This document shows positions 17,968 through 29,703 of a stretch of 64,000 nucleotides of DNA, piece by piece (the stretch's first letter is position 1; every line of letters starts with the position of its first letter). The notes beneath the pieces are model-generated. The model was not told where the DNA came from, did not search any database, and saw nothing but the letters and a program-made list of their open reading frames with translations. Position numbers and translations under genes: made by a program. Source of the stretch: an uncultured bacterium (GTDB lineage: Bacteria > Verrucomicrobiota > Verrucomicrobiia > Verrucomicrobiales > DEV007); assembly GCA_963977015.1 (NCBI GenBank), contig CAXBMO010000003.1:128001-192000 (forward strand), given 5' to 3'.

Positions 17968-19778
17968 TCGCACTCATTGAAATCGTCCATCTGCTTTTAA
18001 GCCAGTCAATCTGGCCCTGGCTCGGCGTGCTGGCGTTCGGAGCGATAGGATACTGGTATGGTTATGTTTCCTGGTTTGTTTCGAGACGCAGACTACAGGT
18101 TCTGGTCAGCGAACGAAAACGGTTGGAGGCTTCAATCGCCACGATGCGGAAAGAACTGGGAAATCAGAGCGAGGTTGTGTTGACGGGAGAACGCTCGGAC
18201 GATCCCGATTACGATGATTTCACCGTCCTGCCCGGAATTGACACCTTTGCCTGTGCCCGGCTCCATCAAAAGGGGATTCAGTATTTTGACCAACTTGCAG
18301 AGCTGGAGGACCTGGATGGAGAAGAGCTGGAGCGGTTCCGCCTGAGTTTTGGAATTGGGAAATTCCAACTCGAAGAATGGCGTTGGGCTTGGGACGAGGA
18401 AATCGAACGAGAGACAAGCAGTGCCACACAGCCTTCAGAGCTCAAGGAGGGGCCCAACGTCGAGATTTTACCCATGCTGGGCCCGGTGTTCAAAGCAAAA
18501 CCCGCCGAGACGGACCAATTGACCTTGATGGATGGCATCAGTTTGGCAATTGAGGAGCGGCTTCACCGGAATGGAATCTTCCTTTTCTCCCAGATCGCTG
18601 CTTGGGAGGAGCCGGCGCTGGAAGACATTGAGCGCAAGGTCGCGCTGCCAGTTGGCGCCATCAAGGCCCGGAGATGGAAGGAGCAGGCCCAACTGCTTGG
18701 GGCTTGGGTCGAAGGACTTGCAAGTGAACGGTTTGTCGCGCCGCAAATCGTGGATCACAGAAACGTGATGGAATCGAGTTTTAGAGGACAAGCGGGACTT
18801 CGCGTCGATCAAGCCCTTGGCATGGTGTATGATTTTGAGCCCGACATCGTCGATAAACTCACTGATATTCCAGGAGTTGGTTCTGAGGTCCAGCAGCGGT
18901 TGCACCAATTGGGAGTTTTTCGATTTCGACAAATCAGTTCCTGGTCCACGCCGGTCCTTTGTGAAATTGCCAAAAGGCTGGAGATCGACCATCAGGTGGT
19001 TGAAAGCGAAAAGTGGATCGCGAACGCCGGCCTACTGGACCGGAAGAAATACTCCGCGAGCAAACTGTGGGATTCTGCCCGGCCGACGAAATCCGAGATT
19101 AAAGACGGGATCCGGTCCCAGTTTGAAGCGGAAGATCTGAAAGCAGATGAGGATTTGGGAATCGTCTACCAGGATCGTCCTGATCATGCGGATGATCTGG
19201 AATCGCTGGGGAGTTTGACCGTCAGCCAAATTTTTACGCTCAATGCCTCCGGAGTGTGGTGTTTTCGCCAGATTGCGACGTGGTCAGAAACCAATATCGA
19301 TACGTTCGCTGAACTGTTGGGGATCTCGCCAGAGCTGATCTATCACGAAAATTGGCTCGGGAAAGCTTTGGGATCGGAGTGCAAGGCTTCGCAAAGTCCC
19401 AGCAATGTCGAGTATGCGATTTCCTCCCAAAGCCTCTTGCGCCAGGGCGCGGATCTGGACGAGCGGTTTGGCCTGGTTTATGCGCAGGAACCGAGCCAGG
19501 TGGATGACCTGCAAAAGATTCGCGGAGTCGGCCCGAAACTTGAGGAGCGTCTCAAGGCCTGTGGGATTTATCAATTCCATCAAATTGCGTTGTGGACTCC
19601 TGACGTCGCCCAACAGTTTGCGGAACGTTTGCCCGGCGTCAAAGGTCGCCTTCTCAACGATCGATGGCAGGAGCAAGCCAGAGCCCTTCATGAGCTGACG
19701 TTGCTCTCGCCGCTCAAATCATCAGATCGTAACTATGACGCCGACGAATCAGATGTTCACCTTACCGCTGAACCGTAA
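17964..19778 (+). CDS. Membrane-anchored protein with five helix-hairpin-helix (COG3743/DUF4332-like) repeats
   Basis: N-terminal TM helix; five copies of DDL..I.G(V/I)G..LE..L...GI..F.QIA.W. Confidence 0.8.
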   Translation: MIALIEIVHLLLSQSIWPWLGVLAFGAIGYWYGYVSWFVSRRRLQVLVSERKRLEASIATMRKELGNQSEVVLTGERSDDPDYDDFTVLPGIDTFACARLHQKGIQYFDQLAELEDLDGEELERFRLSFGIGKFQLEEWRWAWDEEIERETSSATQPSELKEGPNVEILPMLGPVFKAKPAETDQLTLMDGISLAIEERLHRNGIFLFSQIAAWEEPALEDIERKVALPVGAIKARRWKEQAQLLGAWVEGLASERFVAPQIVDHRNVMESSFRGQAGLRVDQALGMVYDFEPDIVDKLTDIPGVGSEVQQRLHQLGVFRFRQISSWSTPVLCEIAKRLEIDHQVVESEKWIANAGLLDRKKYSASKLWDSARPTKSEIKDGIRSQFEAEDLKADEDLGIVYQDRPDHADDLESLGSLTVSQIFTLNASGVWCFRQIATWSETNIDTFAELLGISPELIYHENWLGKALGSECKASQSPSNVEYAISSQSLLRQGADLDERFGLVYAQEPSQVDDLQKIRGVGPKLEERLKACGIYQFHQIALWTPDVAQQFAERLPGVKGRLLNDRWQEQARALHELTLLSPLKSSDRNYDADESDVHLTAEP

Positions 19779-20184
19779 AGGAAGATCCAACCGCAGCTCC
19801 ACAGGCGGTAACGTTCTTGTAGGGGGTCTTAAAGTTTCACCCGTAAACGGAATCCTCGTATAAACGGGCATTTTCTAAACGGCCTGAGAATCGCGTAGAA
19901 TTCCTTGCGTGGGCCACCGGTCGGTGTAGCTCAACGGAATTTCGGGCATTTCGGAGCTACGATTCAGCAGATACTGAGTGCCGAACAAAAGACCAATTTA
20001 TCAGCGTCTTCTCTAAAATCACCATAATCCAACTGAACCACTACCATTCCGTTTTACATGATAAATATTGTGCGCACCTATAAATCGGCTGATACAGCGA
20101 GGGCTTTCCGGGAGATTTGGTCGAATGCGGCGAATATTGCTGGGTGTGGTCAGTTCTAACGGAGCAACTGAAACACGATCACCG

Positions 20185-20376
20185 ATGAATCCAGCAAAAA
20201 AACGAAACCAAAGACCAATCGTCGTAGAGTCAACGGGGCCTCAAGGTTTTCACCAAAGACCTACCGAAGAGGAGTTGAGAACGCTGGCCGAGGAAATCGT
20301 GGAGTATTGCCCGAGCCTTGCCCAATTGCTGATCGCGGTGGCCTGCAGAAAGGCGTCCTACATGGGCCCGAACTAG
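20185..20376 (+). CDS. Possible small hypothetical protein (63 aa)
   Basis: ATG-started part of ORF 20068..20376 in otherwise empty space; helical PTEEELRTLAEEI..LAQLL segment. No family recognised. Confidence 0.4.
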   Translation: MNPAKKRNQRPIVVESTGPQGFHQRPTEEELRTLAEEIVEYCPSLAQLLIAVACRKASYMGPN

Positions 20377-20486
20377 AGCCATCTTGCGCTGCTCCCACGC
20401 ACCGAATGTTCTCGCGGATTTCTTGGTCTGGAGCGTATTGCGGGTTGCCACGGGGAAACAAGGCTTTCCGGTGACCATGCCGGAAT

Positions 20487-21509
20487 TCAGTTGGCCGGTG
20501 GCTGGAGCGCCAAATGAGAAAGCTGAAGATCGAGACTGCGGGAAAAGCAATCAACCGCGCTCTGGCTTTCTTCCGTGTAGGATTGAACGAGGGCGAGACT
20601 GGAATAGAGCAGGCTGAGAGGCCAGCGGGCGGAGTTTTCCATCTTTTCCTGGCGTGAGATCGCTGCCTCATACCATTGTTTGGCCGTTTCAAACTCTCCG
20701 TGCTGGGTGTAGACGGTGGCCAAGGTGACTTCGAGTTCCACCATTTCGGTCGGGCACTCGACCTGCTGGGCGTGACGATAGGCTTCCAGGAGATGATTGA
20801 CGGCCGCGTTGGGCTCGTCCTTCCGAAAGGTGATGTTCGCCAGTTGTTTGAAGAGGCGCATATTCTCCAAAGCGGTGGAATCTGGTGCTTGTTCCAGCAC
20901 TGCGACGGCCTCCAGCACGACTTCCAGAGCCTTGTCGTATTGAGAGATTTGCGCGTAAACGCTGCCAAGCTCTGAGCGCAGTTGAGCGAGGCGCACAGGT
21001 TTGACCGTGCAGGAATTCTCGTAAACCTGGATGGCTTTTTCGTAGTGGGCTTCCGCCGATTGATAGTCATCCAGGACAAAGGACAAAAGCCCGCGAGCAG
21101 CTTCAATTTTGACCTGTTGCTCGCTCATGGAGATGCTTGCGCCGGCTTCGAGGACTTCCTGGGCCTTATCGAAGGCTTCCTTCGCCTTGGCGAACTCCCC
21201 GCAACGTTGCAGATTTGCCCCGTGGGCAAGGTGGAGCTCGATCAAACCAATCGAGTTGGAGGAAGAGTTGAGGACTGCGACCTTGAGGGCGCGTTCGAAT
21301 TCCTGAGCGGCTGTCGCATGATCACCGTGTTTTGCGGCGCGTTCCGCTTTGATCCGAATGGAGTTTAGCTCGTCTGGCCCGATGCGAAGTTCTTTCTTGG
21401 GCTCCGCCGGCTTCTGCTTTTTGACGCCATTGGACTGATCCTCCATATCTTTGAGGATCTTTTCAAAAATTCGACTGCGATGTTCGCGTTCGAGCATTTG
21501 TGGTGACAT
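20487..21509 (-). CDS. Tetratricopeptide repeat protein
   Basis: Repeated LG..Y......A...Y.KA helical pairs. Confidence 0.8.
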   Translation of the reverse strand: MSPQMLEREHRSRIFEKILKDMEDQSNGVKKQKPAEPKKELRIGPDELNSIRIKAERAAKHGDHATAAQEFERALKVAVLNSSSNSIGLIELHLAHGANLQRCGEFAKAKEAFDKAQEVLEAGASISMSEQQVKIEAARGLLSFVLDDYQSAEAHYEKAIQVYENSCTVKPVRLAQLRSELGSVYAQISQYDKALEVVLEAVAVLEQAPDSTALENMRLFKQLANITFRKDEPNAAVNHLLEAYRHAQQVECPTEMVELEVTLATVYTQHGEFETAKQWYEAAISRQEKMENSARWPLSLLYSSLALVQSYTEESQSAVDCFSRSLDLQLSHLALQPPAN

Positions 21510-21724
21510 GGATCGTTTTCTCAGGCGCTCTTAGATGTTAGTCGTTTCGGGCAAGGTCACAAGTCAGCAAATAAACAACTTTCGCCAGCCGCTGCTCATT
21601 AGAACTGAATCTTTTGTGACTCATTCAATCGATGATGGCGGCATTCTTCCTGCCGGGACGTTCGGAGGCATTCCCGCGGAGCGGAAAAGGTTGCGTTTCC
21701 AGGGCGGGCGGGATTTGCTGGGTG

Positions 21725-22924
21725 ATGTTCAGCCCCGATCATCGCCAACGGCTAGAGGAGACGCTCGACGAAATTGAGACCGCAGGATTGAGGAAAAACG
21801 AGCGCATCTTGACCAGTTCGCAGTCCAGCGGGATTTCGGTAGCCTCCCGCGAGTCCGAAGTTCTCAACATGTGTGCGAACAATTATTTGGGACTCGCAAA
21901 CCATCCGGAGCTCATCAATGCGGCCAAAGAGGCGTTGGACCGGTGGGGATTCGGAATGGCCTCCGTCCGATTCATTTGTGGCACTCAATCACTCCACAAG
22001 GAGTTGGAAGCGTCCATCTCAAGCTTTCTTGGCACGGACGACACCATTTTGTATTCCTCCTGCTTCGATGCCAATGGCGGTCTGTTTGAGACGATTCTGG
22101 GGCCGGAGGATGCGGTGATTAGTGATAGCCTGAATCATGCCAGCATTATTGATGGGATCCGCCTCTGTAAAGCCCGGCGCTTTCGATACGCGAATCGCGA
22201 TCTCAATGAGCTGGAAGAGCGATTGCGCGAGGCTCGGGAGGGGGGAGCGAGGTCTGTGCTCATTGCGACCGACGGCGTTTTTTCGATGGACGGACATCTT
22301 GCCGATCTGCCGGGAATTTGTGATTTGGCGGAGAAATATGAGGCGCTGGTCATGGTGGACGATAGTCACGCCACGGGATTTGTTGGCGAGCATGGCGGGG
22401 GGACACCCGAACTGCACGGGGTCTCAAATCGCATTGATATTCTCACCAGCACGTTGGGCAAGGCTTTGGGTGGGGCTTCCGGTGGCTTCACCAGTGGCCG
22501 CAAACCGATCATCGATTTGCTCCGTCAACGGAGTCGGCCGTATCTATTTTCCAATTCGCTGGCTCCTTCGATTGCCGCCGCGACGATGGCGGCCCTGAAG
22601 TTGGCAAGGTCTCCGGAAGGTGCGGCGTTGCGGGAAACGCTCAGGAGCAACACGAAACTCTTCCGGAAGTTGATGACGGATTCCGGGTTTGAGATCGTTC
22701 CGGGAGATCATCCCATCACACCGGTCATGCTGGGAGATGCCAAGATGGCCGGAAAAATGGCCGAACTCCTTTTGGAAGAGGGGATTTACGCGATCGCCTT
22801 TTCGTTTCCGGTTGTTCCGGAGGGAAAAGCCAGGATTCGGACGCAGATTTCAGCGGCGCATACCCCGGATCAACTCAAGCTGGCACACCGTGTGTTCGTG
22901 AACGCGCGAAGCCGGATGAATTAA
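21725..22924 (+). CDS. kbl: Glycine C-acetyltransferase (2-amino-3-ketobutyrate CoA ligase)
   Basis: [63 protein letters not shown]. Confidence 0.95.
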   Translation: MFSPDHRQRLEETLDEIETAGLRKNERILTSSQSSGISVASRESEVLNMCANNYLGLANHPELINAAKEALDRWGFGMASVRFICGTQSLHKELEASISSFLGTDDTILYSSCFDANGGLFETILGPEDAVISDSLNHASIIDGIRLCKARRFRYANRDLNELEERLREAREGGARSVLIATDGVFSMDGHLADLPGICDLAEKYEALVMVDDSHATGFVGEHGGGTPELHGVSNRIDILTSTLGKALGGASGGFTSGRKPIIDLLRQRSRPYLFSNSLAPSIAAATMAALKLARSPEGAALRETLRSNTKLFRKLMTDSGFEIVPGDHPITPVMLGDAKMAGKMAELLLEEGIYAIAFSFPVVPEGKARIRTQISAAHTPDQLKLAHRVFVNARSRMN

Positions 22925-22945
22925 GGTCATCCGCCCTTCCTCAAA

Positions 22946-23020
22946 TGGTGCTCGGTACAAGACTTGAACTTGTGACCCCCTGCGTGTGAAGCAGGTGCTC
23001 TACCACTGAGCTAACCGAGC
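22946..23020 (-). tRNA. tRNA-Val (anticodon CAC)
   Basis: Reverse complement GCTCGGTTAGCTCAGTGGTAGAGCACCTGCTTCACACGCAGGGGGTCACAAGTTCAAGTCTTGTACCGAGCACCA folds as a cloverleaf; CCA is encoded. Confidence 0.96.
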
Positions 23021-23067
23021 ATTTTTGAGAGAGGAGGATCTTAGCTGCTGTTCCGCAATCTGCAACT

Positions 23068-24618
23068 TCAAGCGCCCTTCTTCTTGGCGCCAGGGTTGGC
23101 CGGCTTCTTTTTGCGGCGACTGGTCTCCGGGTCCTCGTCCGGGAGCTGGTATTCGACGCGAAGTCGATCGAGCTCCGCCGTCATCTCTTTGATCTTGGCC
23201 GCATATTCCGGATTGGAGAATTCGCTCTTCATTTCATTGGGGTCCTTCGAAAGATCAAAGAGCTCCCATTCGCCTTTTTCATAGTAATTGATGAGCTTGA
23301 ACGTTCCGTCAGTGACTCCGTAGTGCCGCGCGACGCTGTGCGCTCCGGGGAATTCGTAGTAGTGGTAGTAGAAGGTTTTTCTCCAATCCTCGGGAGTATT
23401 GCCCTTAAAAATCGGCACCAAACTGCGGCCCTGCATATCCCCTGGCAACGGTGCCTCGGCCAAATCAAGAAAGGTTTGCGCGAAATCCAGGTTGGAGACG
23501 ATATCGTCGTTGATCGTCCCGGGTTTGGTCATTTTTGGCCACCGGACCAGAAGGGGAGTCTTGAGCGATTCTTCATACATCCAGCGCTTGTCGAACCAAC
23601 CGTGTTCCCCGAGATACCACCCCTGGTCGGACGAATAAATGACGATCGTGTTCTCAGCCAGGCCGGCCGAATCCAGATAATCGAGGATTTCACCAATTCC
23701 ATCGTCGACCGACTTCACACAGCGCATGTAGTCTTTCACGTATCGCTGATACTTCCATTTGATGATCTCTTCGGGCGTCATTGAATCCCGTTTGGCCAGA
23801 TAAGCTTCGTTCTTTGGGTTGTAGGCGGCGTCCCACGCCTCCCTTTGCGCTGGGGTGAGATTCCCCGGAGCTTTGAGCTTGAGATCGGCCTCATTGAGGT
23901 GACGAGAAATCGTCATGGTTTGCTCCGCCGCAGCCGATGCCCGATTGGAATAGTCGTCCCAGAGCGTTTCGGGCTCCGGAATCTCAACATCATCCAGCCA
24001 GGTCAAATACTTGGGCGCGGGCTGCCAATTCCGGTGTGGCGCCTTGTGCTGATACATCAGCATGAAGGGTTTTTCGGTGTCGCGCTGATCCTTCAGCCAA
24101 GCGAGGGTCTTTTCGGTGATGATTTCGGTGGTGTAACCGGTGTGCGGTCGCGTTACCGGGTTGCCATCCTCACCTTCGGTGATCATCGGCGGATTGTAGT
24201 AGGGACCCTGCCCCTTCAAGACATCGTAGTAATCGTATCCCTGAGGAGTGGTTCCTAGATGCCATTTGCCGACCACTGCAGTTTGGTAGCCTGCTTTTTG
24301 GAGCAACTTCGGAAAAGTCTGTTGATCGCCGTTGAACCGTTGCCCGTTGGTCATGAAACCGTTGAGGTGGCTGTATTTTCCAGTTTGGATCACCGCACGA
24401 CTGGGGCCGCAAATTCCGTTGGTCACATAGCAGCGATTGAATAGCATCCCTTCTTGAGCGATCCGATCCATATTCGGCGTCGTCATGCGCGATGGATCAT
24501 AGGCACTCAAGGCCTGTTGGCAGTGATCATCCGTAAAAATGAACACGATGTTGGGCCGCGCCTGGGCAGAGGTTAACAGCGCAGAGACCAGGAGCAGAAG
24601 GACGAAATGGGGTTTCAT
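23068..24618 (-). CDS. Formylglycine-dependent sulfatase (S1), secreted
   Basis: Signal peptide from ATG 24618; PNIVFIFTDD, CGPSRA, GKWHL, SDQG..LGEHGWFDKR. Confidence 0.95.
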   Translation of the reverse strand: MKPHFVLLLLVSALLTSAQARPNIVFIFTDDHCQQALSAYDPSRMTTPNMDRIAQEGMLFNRCYVTNGICGPSRAVIQTGKYSHLNGFMTNGQRFNGDQQTFPKLLQKAGYQTAVVGKWHLGTTPQGYDYYDVLKGQGPYYNPPMITEGEDGNPVTRPHTGYTTEIITEKTLAWLKDQRDTEKPFMLMYQHKAPHRNWQPAPKYLTWLDDVEIPEPETLWDDYSNRASAAAEQTMTISRHLNEADLKLKAPGNLTPAQREAWDAAYNPKNEAYLAKRDSMTPEEIIKWKYQRYVKDYMRCVKSVDDGIGEILDYLDSAGLAENTIVIYSSDQGWYLGEHGWFDKRWMYEESLKTPLLVRWPKMTKPGTINDDIVSNLDFAQTFLDLAEAPLPGDMQGRSLVPIFKGNTPEDWRKTFYYHYYEFPGAHSVARHYGVTDGTFKLINYYEKGEWELFDLSKDPNEMKSEFSNPEYAAKIKEMTAELDRLRVEYQLPDEDPETSRRKKKPANPGAKKKGA

Positions 24619-24727
24619 GGAAAGCACCCATGCATTGGGAGACGCCCAACGCAAACCCGGGAAGGGTTGGAGGTCCGTTTTCCTCACAAAACTTGACTTC
24701 CCGGCCCAAGTGCGAACTCTTCATTCT

Positions 24728-25291
24728 GTGAAACCCTCCCTCCTTCTTGTTGCCCTGTTCAGCTTTGGCTTGGCCGTCTCTCACGGACAGAGCCCGTCCC
24801 AGATTGCGGTTGTTGACATGATTGTCGTCTTCAAAGCGCATCCGAAAACCGCCGTCGCCGAGTCGACCCTGGAGAAAAAGCAAAAGGCAGCGCGGGAGGT
24901 CTTTGTTGAGAAGAAAAAGGAGCTGGAAGAGATCCTCCGAAAGCATCAGTCGGTGACGCAAAAGCTGGTTACGGCTGGAAGTAGCGCCACTTCCTCCGAC
25001 AAGGGGCTTGCAAAAACCTACCTCGAAGAGGCGAGCAAGGTCGAGAAAGAGATTGCGACGCTTCGGACGACGCAGGCGACCGACCTGAAGAACGAATATG
25101 TGAGGGAGAGGCGGCAGATCATGAATGATATCACGGAAGCGATAGCCACCTTCAACGGTGATGGAAACTATGCGCTGGTTCTGGATCGTTCCGCCGAATC
25201 GGCCAACGGCATTCCGCAGGTTCTTCACGCTCCCGGAGTGAAAGACATTACGGCGGAGATCGTTTCGCTGGTGAAGGCCGCAAAGCCGTGA
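24728..25291 (+). CDS. OmpH/Skp family periplasmic chaperone
   Basis: GTG start with signal peptide; IAVVDM, coiled coil, YALVLDRS, DITAEIV. Confidence 0.85.
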   Translation: MKPSLLLVALFSFGLAVSHGQSPSQIAVVDMIVVFKAHPKTAVAESTLEKKQKAAREVFVEKKKELEEILRKHQSVTQKLVTAGSSATSSDKGLAKTYLEEASKVEKEIATLRTTQATDLKNEYVRERRQIMNDITEAIATFNGDGNYALVLDRSAESANGIPQVLHAPGVKDITAEIVSLVKAAKP

Positions 25292-26373
25292 GCAAGGTCG
25301 TTCTACCCGTCGATCGTCTGGCCGAATTGTGGCCACTCAGCAATTCCGGGGACCGTGTCGGCGCTCTGCTTCACGGGGCTTCCACGACCTCTGCCCTCGT
25401 GCCAACGTTGCACGAGCTGGAGCGCTTGAATGGCGACCGTTTCCACCTGCACAGCCTCTTCGGGCCTCAGCATGGGTTCTCCGGGACCACCCAGGATAAC
25501 ATGATTGAATGGGAGGGATTTCAGCATCCGCGCCTGAACATTCCCGTTTATAGCCTTTACGGAGAGCATCGCGAGCCTTCTGCGGCGATGCTTGAAGGTT
25601 TGGATGCTCTTTTTGTCGATCTCGTCGATGTCGGTGCCCGCTATTACACCTTTATCTGGACCCTGTTTCTCTGCATGAAAGCTTGCGAGAAGGCCGGGAT
25701 CCACGTGATCGTCGCCGATCGCCCCAACCCAATCAACGGTGTCACGATCGAAGGCGAGCCCCAGGATTCCGAATACCTTTCATTCGTCGGGCTTCATCCC
25801 ATTCCGGTTCGTCACGGAAAAACGATTGGCCAGCTCGCAACACAGTTTCAGGCCGAGGTGTTTCCGGACTGCAAACTCACCGTTCTTCCTCTGGACGGCT
25901 GGGATCCCGAATCCTATTTCGAAGACACCGGCTTACCCTGGATCATGCCTAGTCCAAACATGCCGACCGTCGATACTGCCGTGGTTTACCCGGGCATGTG
26001 CCTGCTGGAAGGCAGCAATTTGAGCGAAGGACGCGGTACCACCCGCCCGTTTGAGCTCTTTGGCGCGCCCTGGATCGATTCCGAAGAATACGTGGACCGC
26101 TTGAACCGCCTCGGCCTCGCGGGATGCCATTTCCGCCCCGTCAATTTTGAGCCAACGTTTCAGAAACATGCGCGAAAGGTTTGCGGCGGAGCGCAGCTTC
26201 ACGTGACCGAGCGCGGAGCCTTTCAGCCTCTGGAAACAGCGATTCAGATCCTGACCGTTACTCGAGAACGTTACGATTCATTTGCCTGGAATCCGCCACC
26301 TTACGAATACGAGGAAGAGAAGCTTCCGATCGAAATTCTGCTCGGCGGTCCGGTGGAAAACACGTTTCCCTAG
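25288..26373 (+). CDS. DUF1343 / NamZ-family exo-beta-N-acetylmuramidase
   Basis: LFGPQHG, SLYG, DVGARYYT, DRPNPI, PSPNMP, SEGRGTTRPFE. Confidence 0.9.
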   Translation: MSKVVLPVDRLAELWPLSNSGDRVGALLHGASTTSALVPTLHELERLNGDRFHLHSLFGPQHGFSGTTQDNMIEWEGFQHPRLNIPVYSLYGEHREPSAAMLEGLDALFVDLVDVGARYYTFIWTLFLCMKACEKAGIHVIVADRPNPINGVTIEGEPQDSEYLSFVGLHPIPVRHGKTIGQLATQFQAEVFPDCKLTVLPLDGWDPESYFEDTGLPWIMPSPNMPTVDTAVVYPGMCLLEGSNLSEGRGTTRPFELFGAPWIDSEEYVDRLNRLGLAGCHFRPVNFEPTFQKHARKVCGGAQLHVTERGAFQPLETAIQILTVTRERYDSFAWNPPPYEYEEEKLPIEILLGGPVENTFP

Positions 26374-26374
26374 C

Positions 26375-27517
26375 CTAGCGCCGGCTCAATCGCCAAAAGA
26401 GGACCAGACCGAGTGATAGAAACACCAAATTGGGTGTCCACATCAGAAGGTGGGGGAACGCATCCGGATTCTCGTGAAACATCTCCGCAATCACGATGAA
26501 CAGGAAATAGGCAATCGCGATGATGAGGCTCAGTGCGAATCCGACGGTGGTTTCGCGCCGCTGTGCGGTGATCCCCAGCGGGATGCCGATAAACGTAAAG
26601 GTGATGCAGGCCATCGAAAGGGAGAATCGTTTGTGAAACTCCGTCAGCAGAGTCGATTTGCGTTTGGGATCGTCATTTGCATCCCGAATTTCCCTTCCCA
26701 ATTCCGCAACGGTCATGAAACTGGGCCGTTCCTTGCGATGGCGCTCCTTTAATTCGGCCAACGAGAGCTGGAGAATCGCCTCTCCCGGCTGAACCATCTG
26801 CGCTTTGTTGAAATCGCGAGCTTCAATTCCAGAAGCCTTTTCGAGGTGAGCTTTGGTGAGCTCCAAATAGAGGTCGTCGTTGTTCCCTGGCTCAAATCCG
26901 ATAATGGCCTCGTCGGCTTGCACGAACATTTCTGGGCGCTTGCGGTCTGACAGCTTCACCAACTGGAGGTTTTTGAGAAGGTATTGGCCGGATTCTTCAT
27001 CGATCAACTCGCGCTCGGTCGTAAACAGCGAGTAACCGGGAAGCGTGTTGACCACCTCATCGTTCACAAACATCGCGCCTGGGTTCTCGGTCGCCAGTTC
27101 AAAGAAAATCTGCGCGATTTTGGCCTGAGACTTGGGAGCGACCTCCACATTCATCAAAAACGTGAAGCAGGTCATCAGAATGCTGATTACAAAGACGGGC
27201 GTGCAAATTCTCGCCATGCTCAGTCCTGCCATTCGCAAAGCGGTCAGCTCGTTGTCGGCTGAAAGTCTCCCGAAAATCAGGAGGATCGAGGTCAAGCACG
27301 CCCATGGAATGGTGAAAATCAGGGAAAACGGCAACACGTTGGAGGCAAATTCGAACACGAATCCCCATCCGAGTTCAGGGTGTTGGCTCAAGACGCCGAT
27401 TAATTTCTTGAACAGATTCGCCAAGACCAACACCACGCTCAACACGATGGTTGCGGCGATAATGGAGCCGAGGAGCTGTTTCCCGATGTATCGGTCGAAT
27501 ATCTTTAAATTCAGCAT
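26375..27517 (-). CDS. LptF/LptG family LPS export permease
   Basis: IFDRYI, GRLSADNELTALRMAGLS, EFHKRFSL, GIPLGI, WTPN. Confidence 0.92.
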   Translation of the reverse strand: MLNLKIFDRYIGKQLLGSIIAATIVLSVVLVLANLFKKLIGVLSQHPELGWGFVFEFASNVLPFSLIFTIPWACLTSILLIFGRLSADNELTALRMAGLSMARICTPVFVISILMTCFTFLMNVEVAPKSQAKIAQIFFELATENPGAMFVNDEVVNTLPGYSLFTTERELIDEESGQYLLKNLQLVKLSDRKRPEMFVQADEAIIGFEPGNNDDLYLELTKAHLEKASGIEARDFNKAQMVQPGEAILQLSLAELKERHRKERPSFMTVAELGREIRDANDDPKRKSTLLTEFHKRFSLSMACITFTFIGIPLGITAQRRETTVGFALSLIIAIAYFLFIVIAEMFHENPDAFPHLLMWTPNLVFLSLGLVLFWRLSRR

Positions 27518-27544
27518 AGTGAAAAGACGCCGTCGAACCTCGCG

Positions 27545-27573
27545 TTGACTTTGAGTCCTGGCAAACGTATAAA
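27545..27573 (+). promoter_or_regulatory. sigma70 promoter of the riboswitch-thiC transcript
   Basis: TTGACT-17 bp-TATAAA immediately upstream of the TPP aptamer. Confidence 0.75.
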
Positions 27574-27582
27574 TTCTACGAA

Positions 27583-27682
27583 ACGACGGGGGCGCTGATG
27601 GAACTATTCATCGGCTGAGATCCTGCTAGATGCGGGAAACCCTTGGAACCTGAAGCGGATAATGCCGTCGCAGGGAGCTCGA
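27583..27682 (+). ncRNA. TPP riboswitch (THI element)
   Basis: GGGGGCGC...GGCTGAGA...ACCCTTGGAACCTGAAGCGGATAATGCCGTCGCAGGGAG consensus upstream of thiC. Confidence 0.95.
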
Positions 27683-27723
27683 TCGGTGGATCCCGGTTTG
27701 CAGTGGCCTCGTCTTTTGATTGA

Positions 27724-29667
<1,944 letters not shown>

Positions 29668-29703
29668 AAGGAAGGTCCCCTGCTTGCGAAACCGGAGCTG
29701 ACG

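Noticed and set aside
19919-19960. GGTCGGTGTAGCTCAACGG resembling a tRNA 5' end
   Set aside because: No anticodon arm, T-loop (GTTCRA) or acceptor complement follows; it folds as a simple hairpin.
15880-23020. Possible genomic island between the guaA 3' end and tRNA-Val (both are known integration hotspots)
   Set aside because: No integrase, no duplicated att sequence seen, and the housekeeping gene kbl lies inside.
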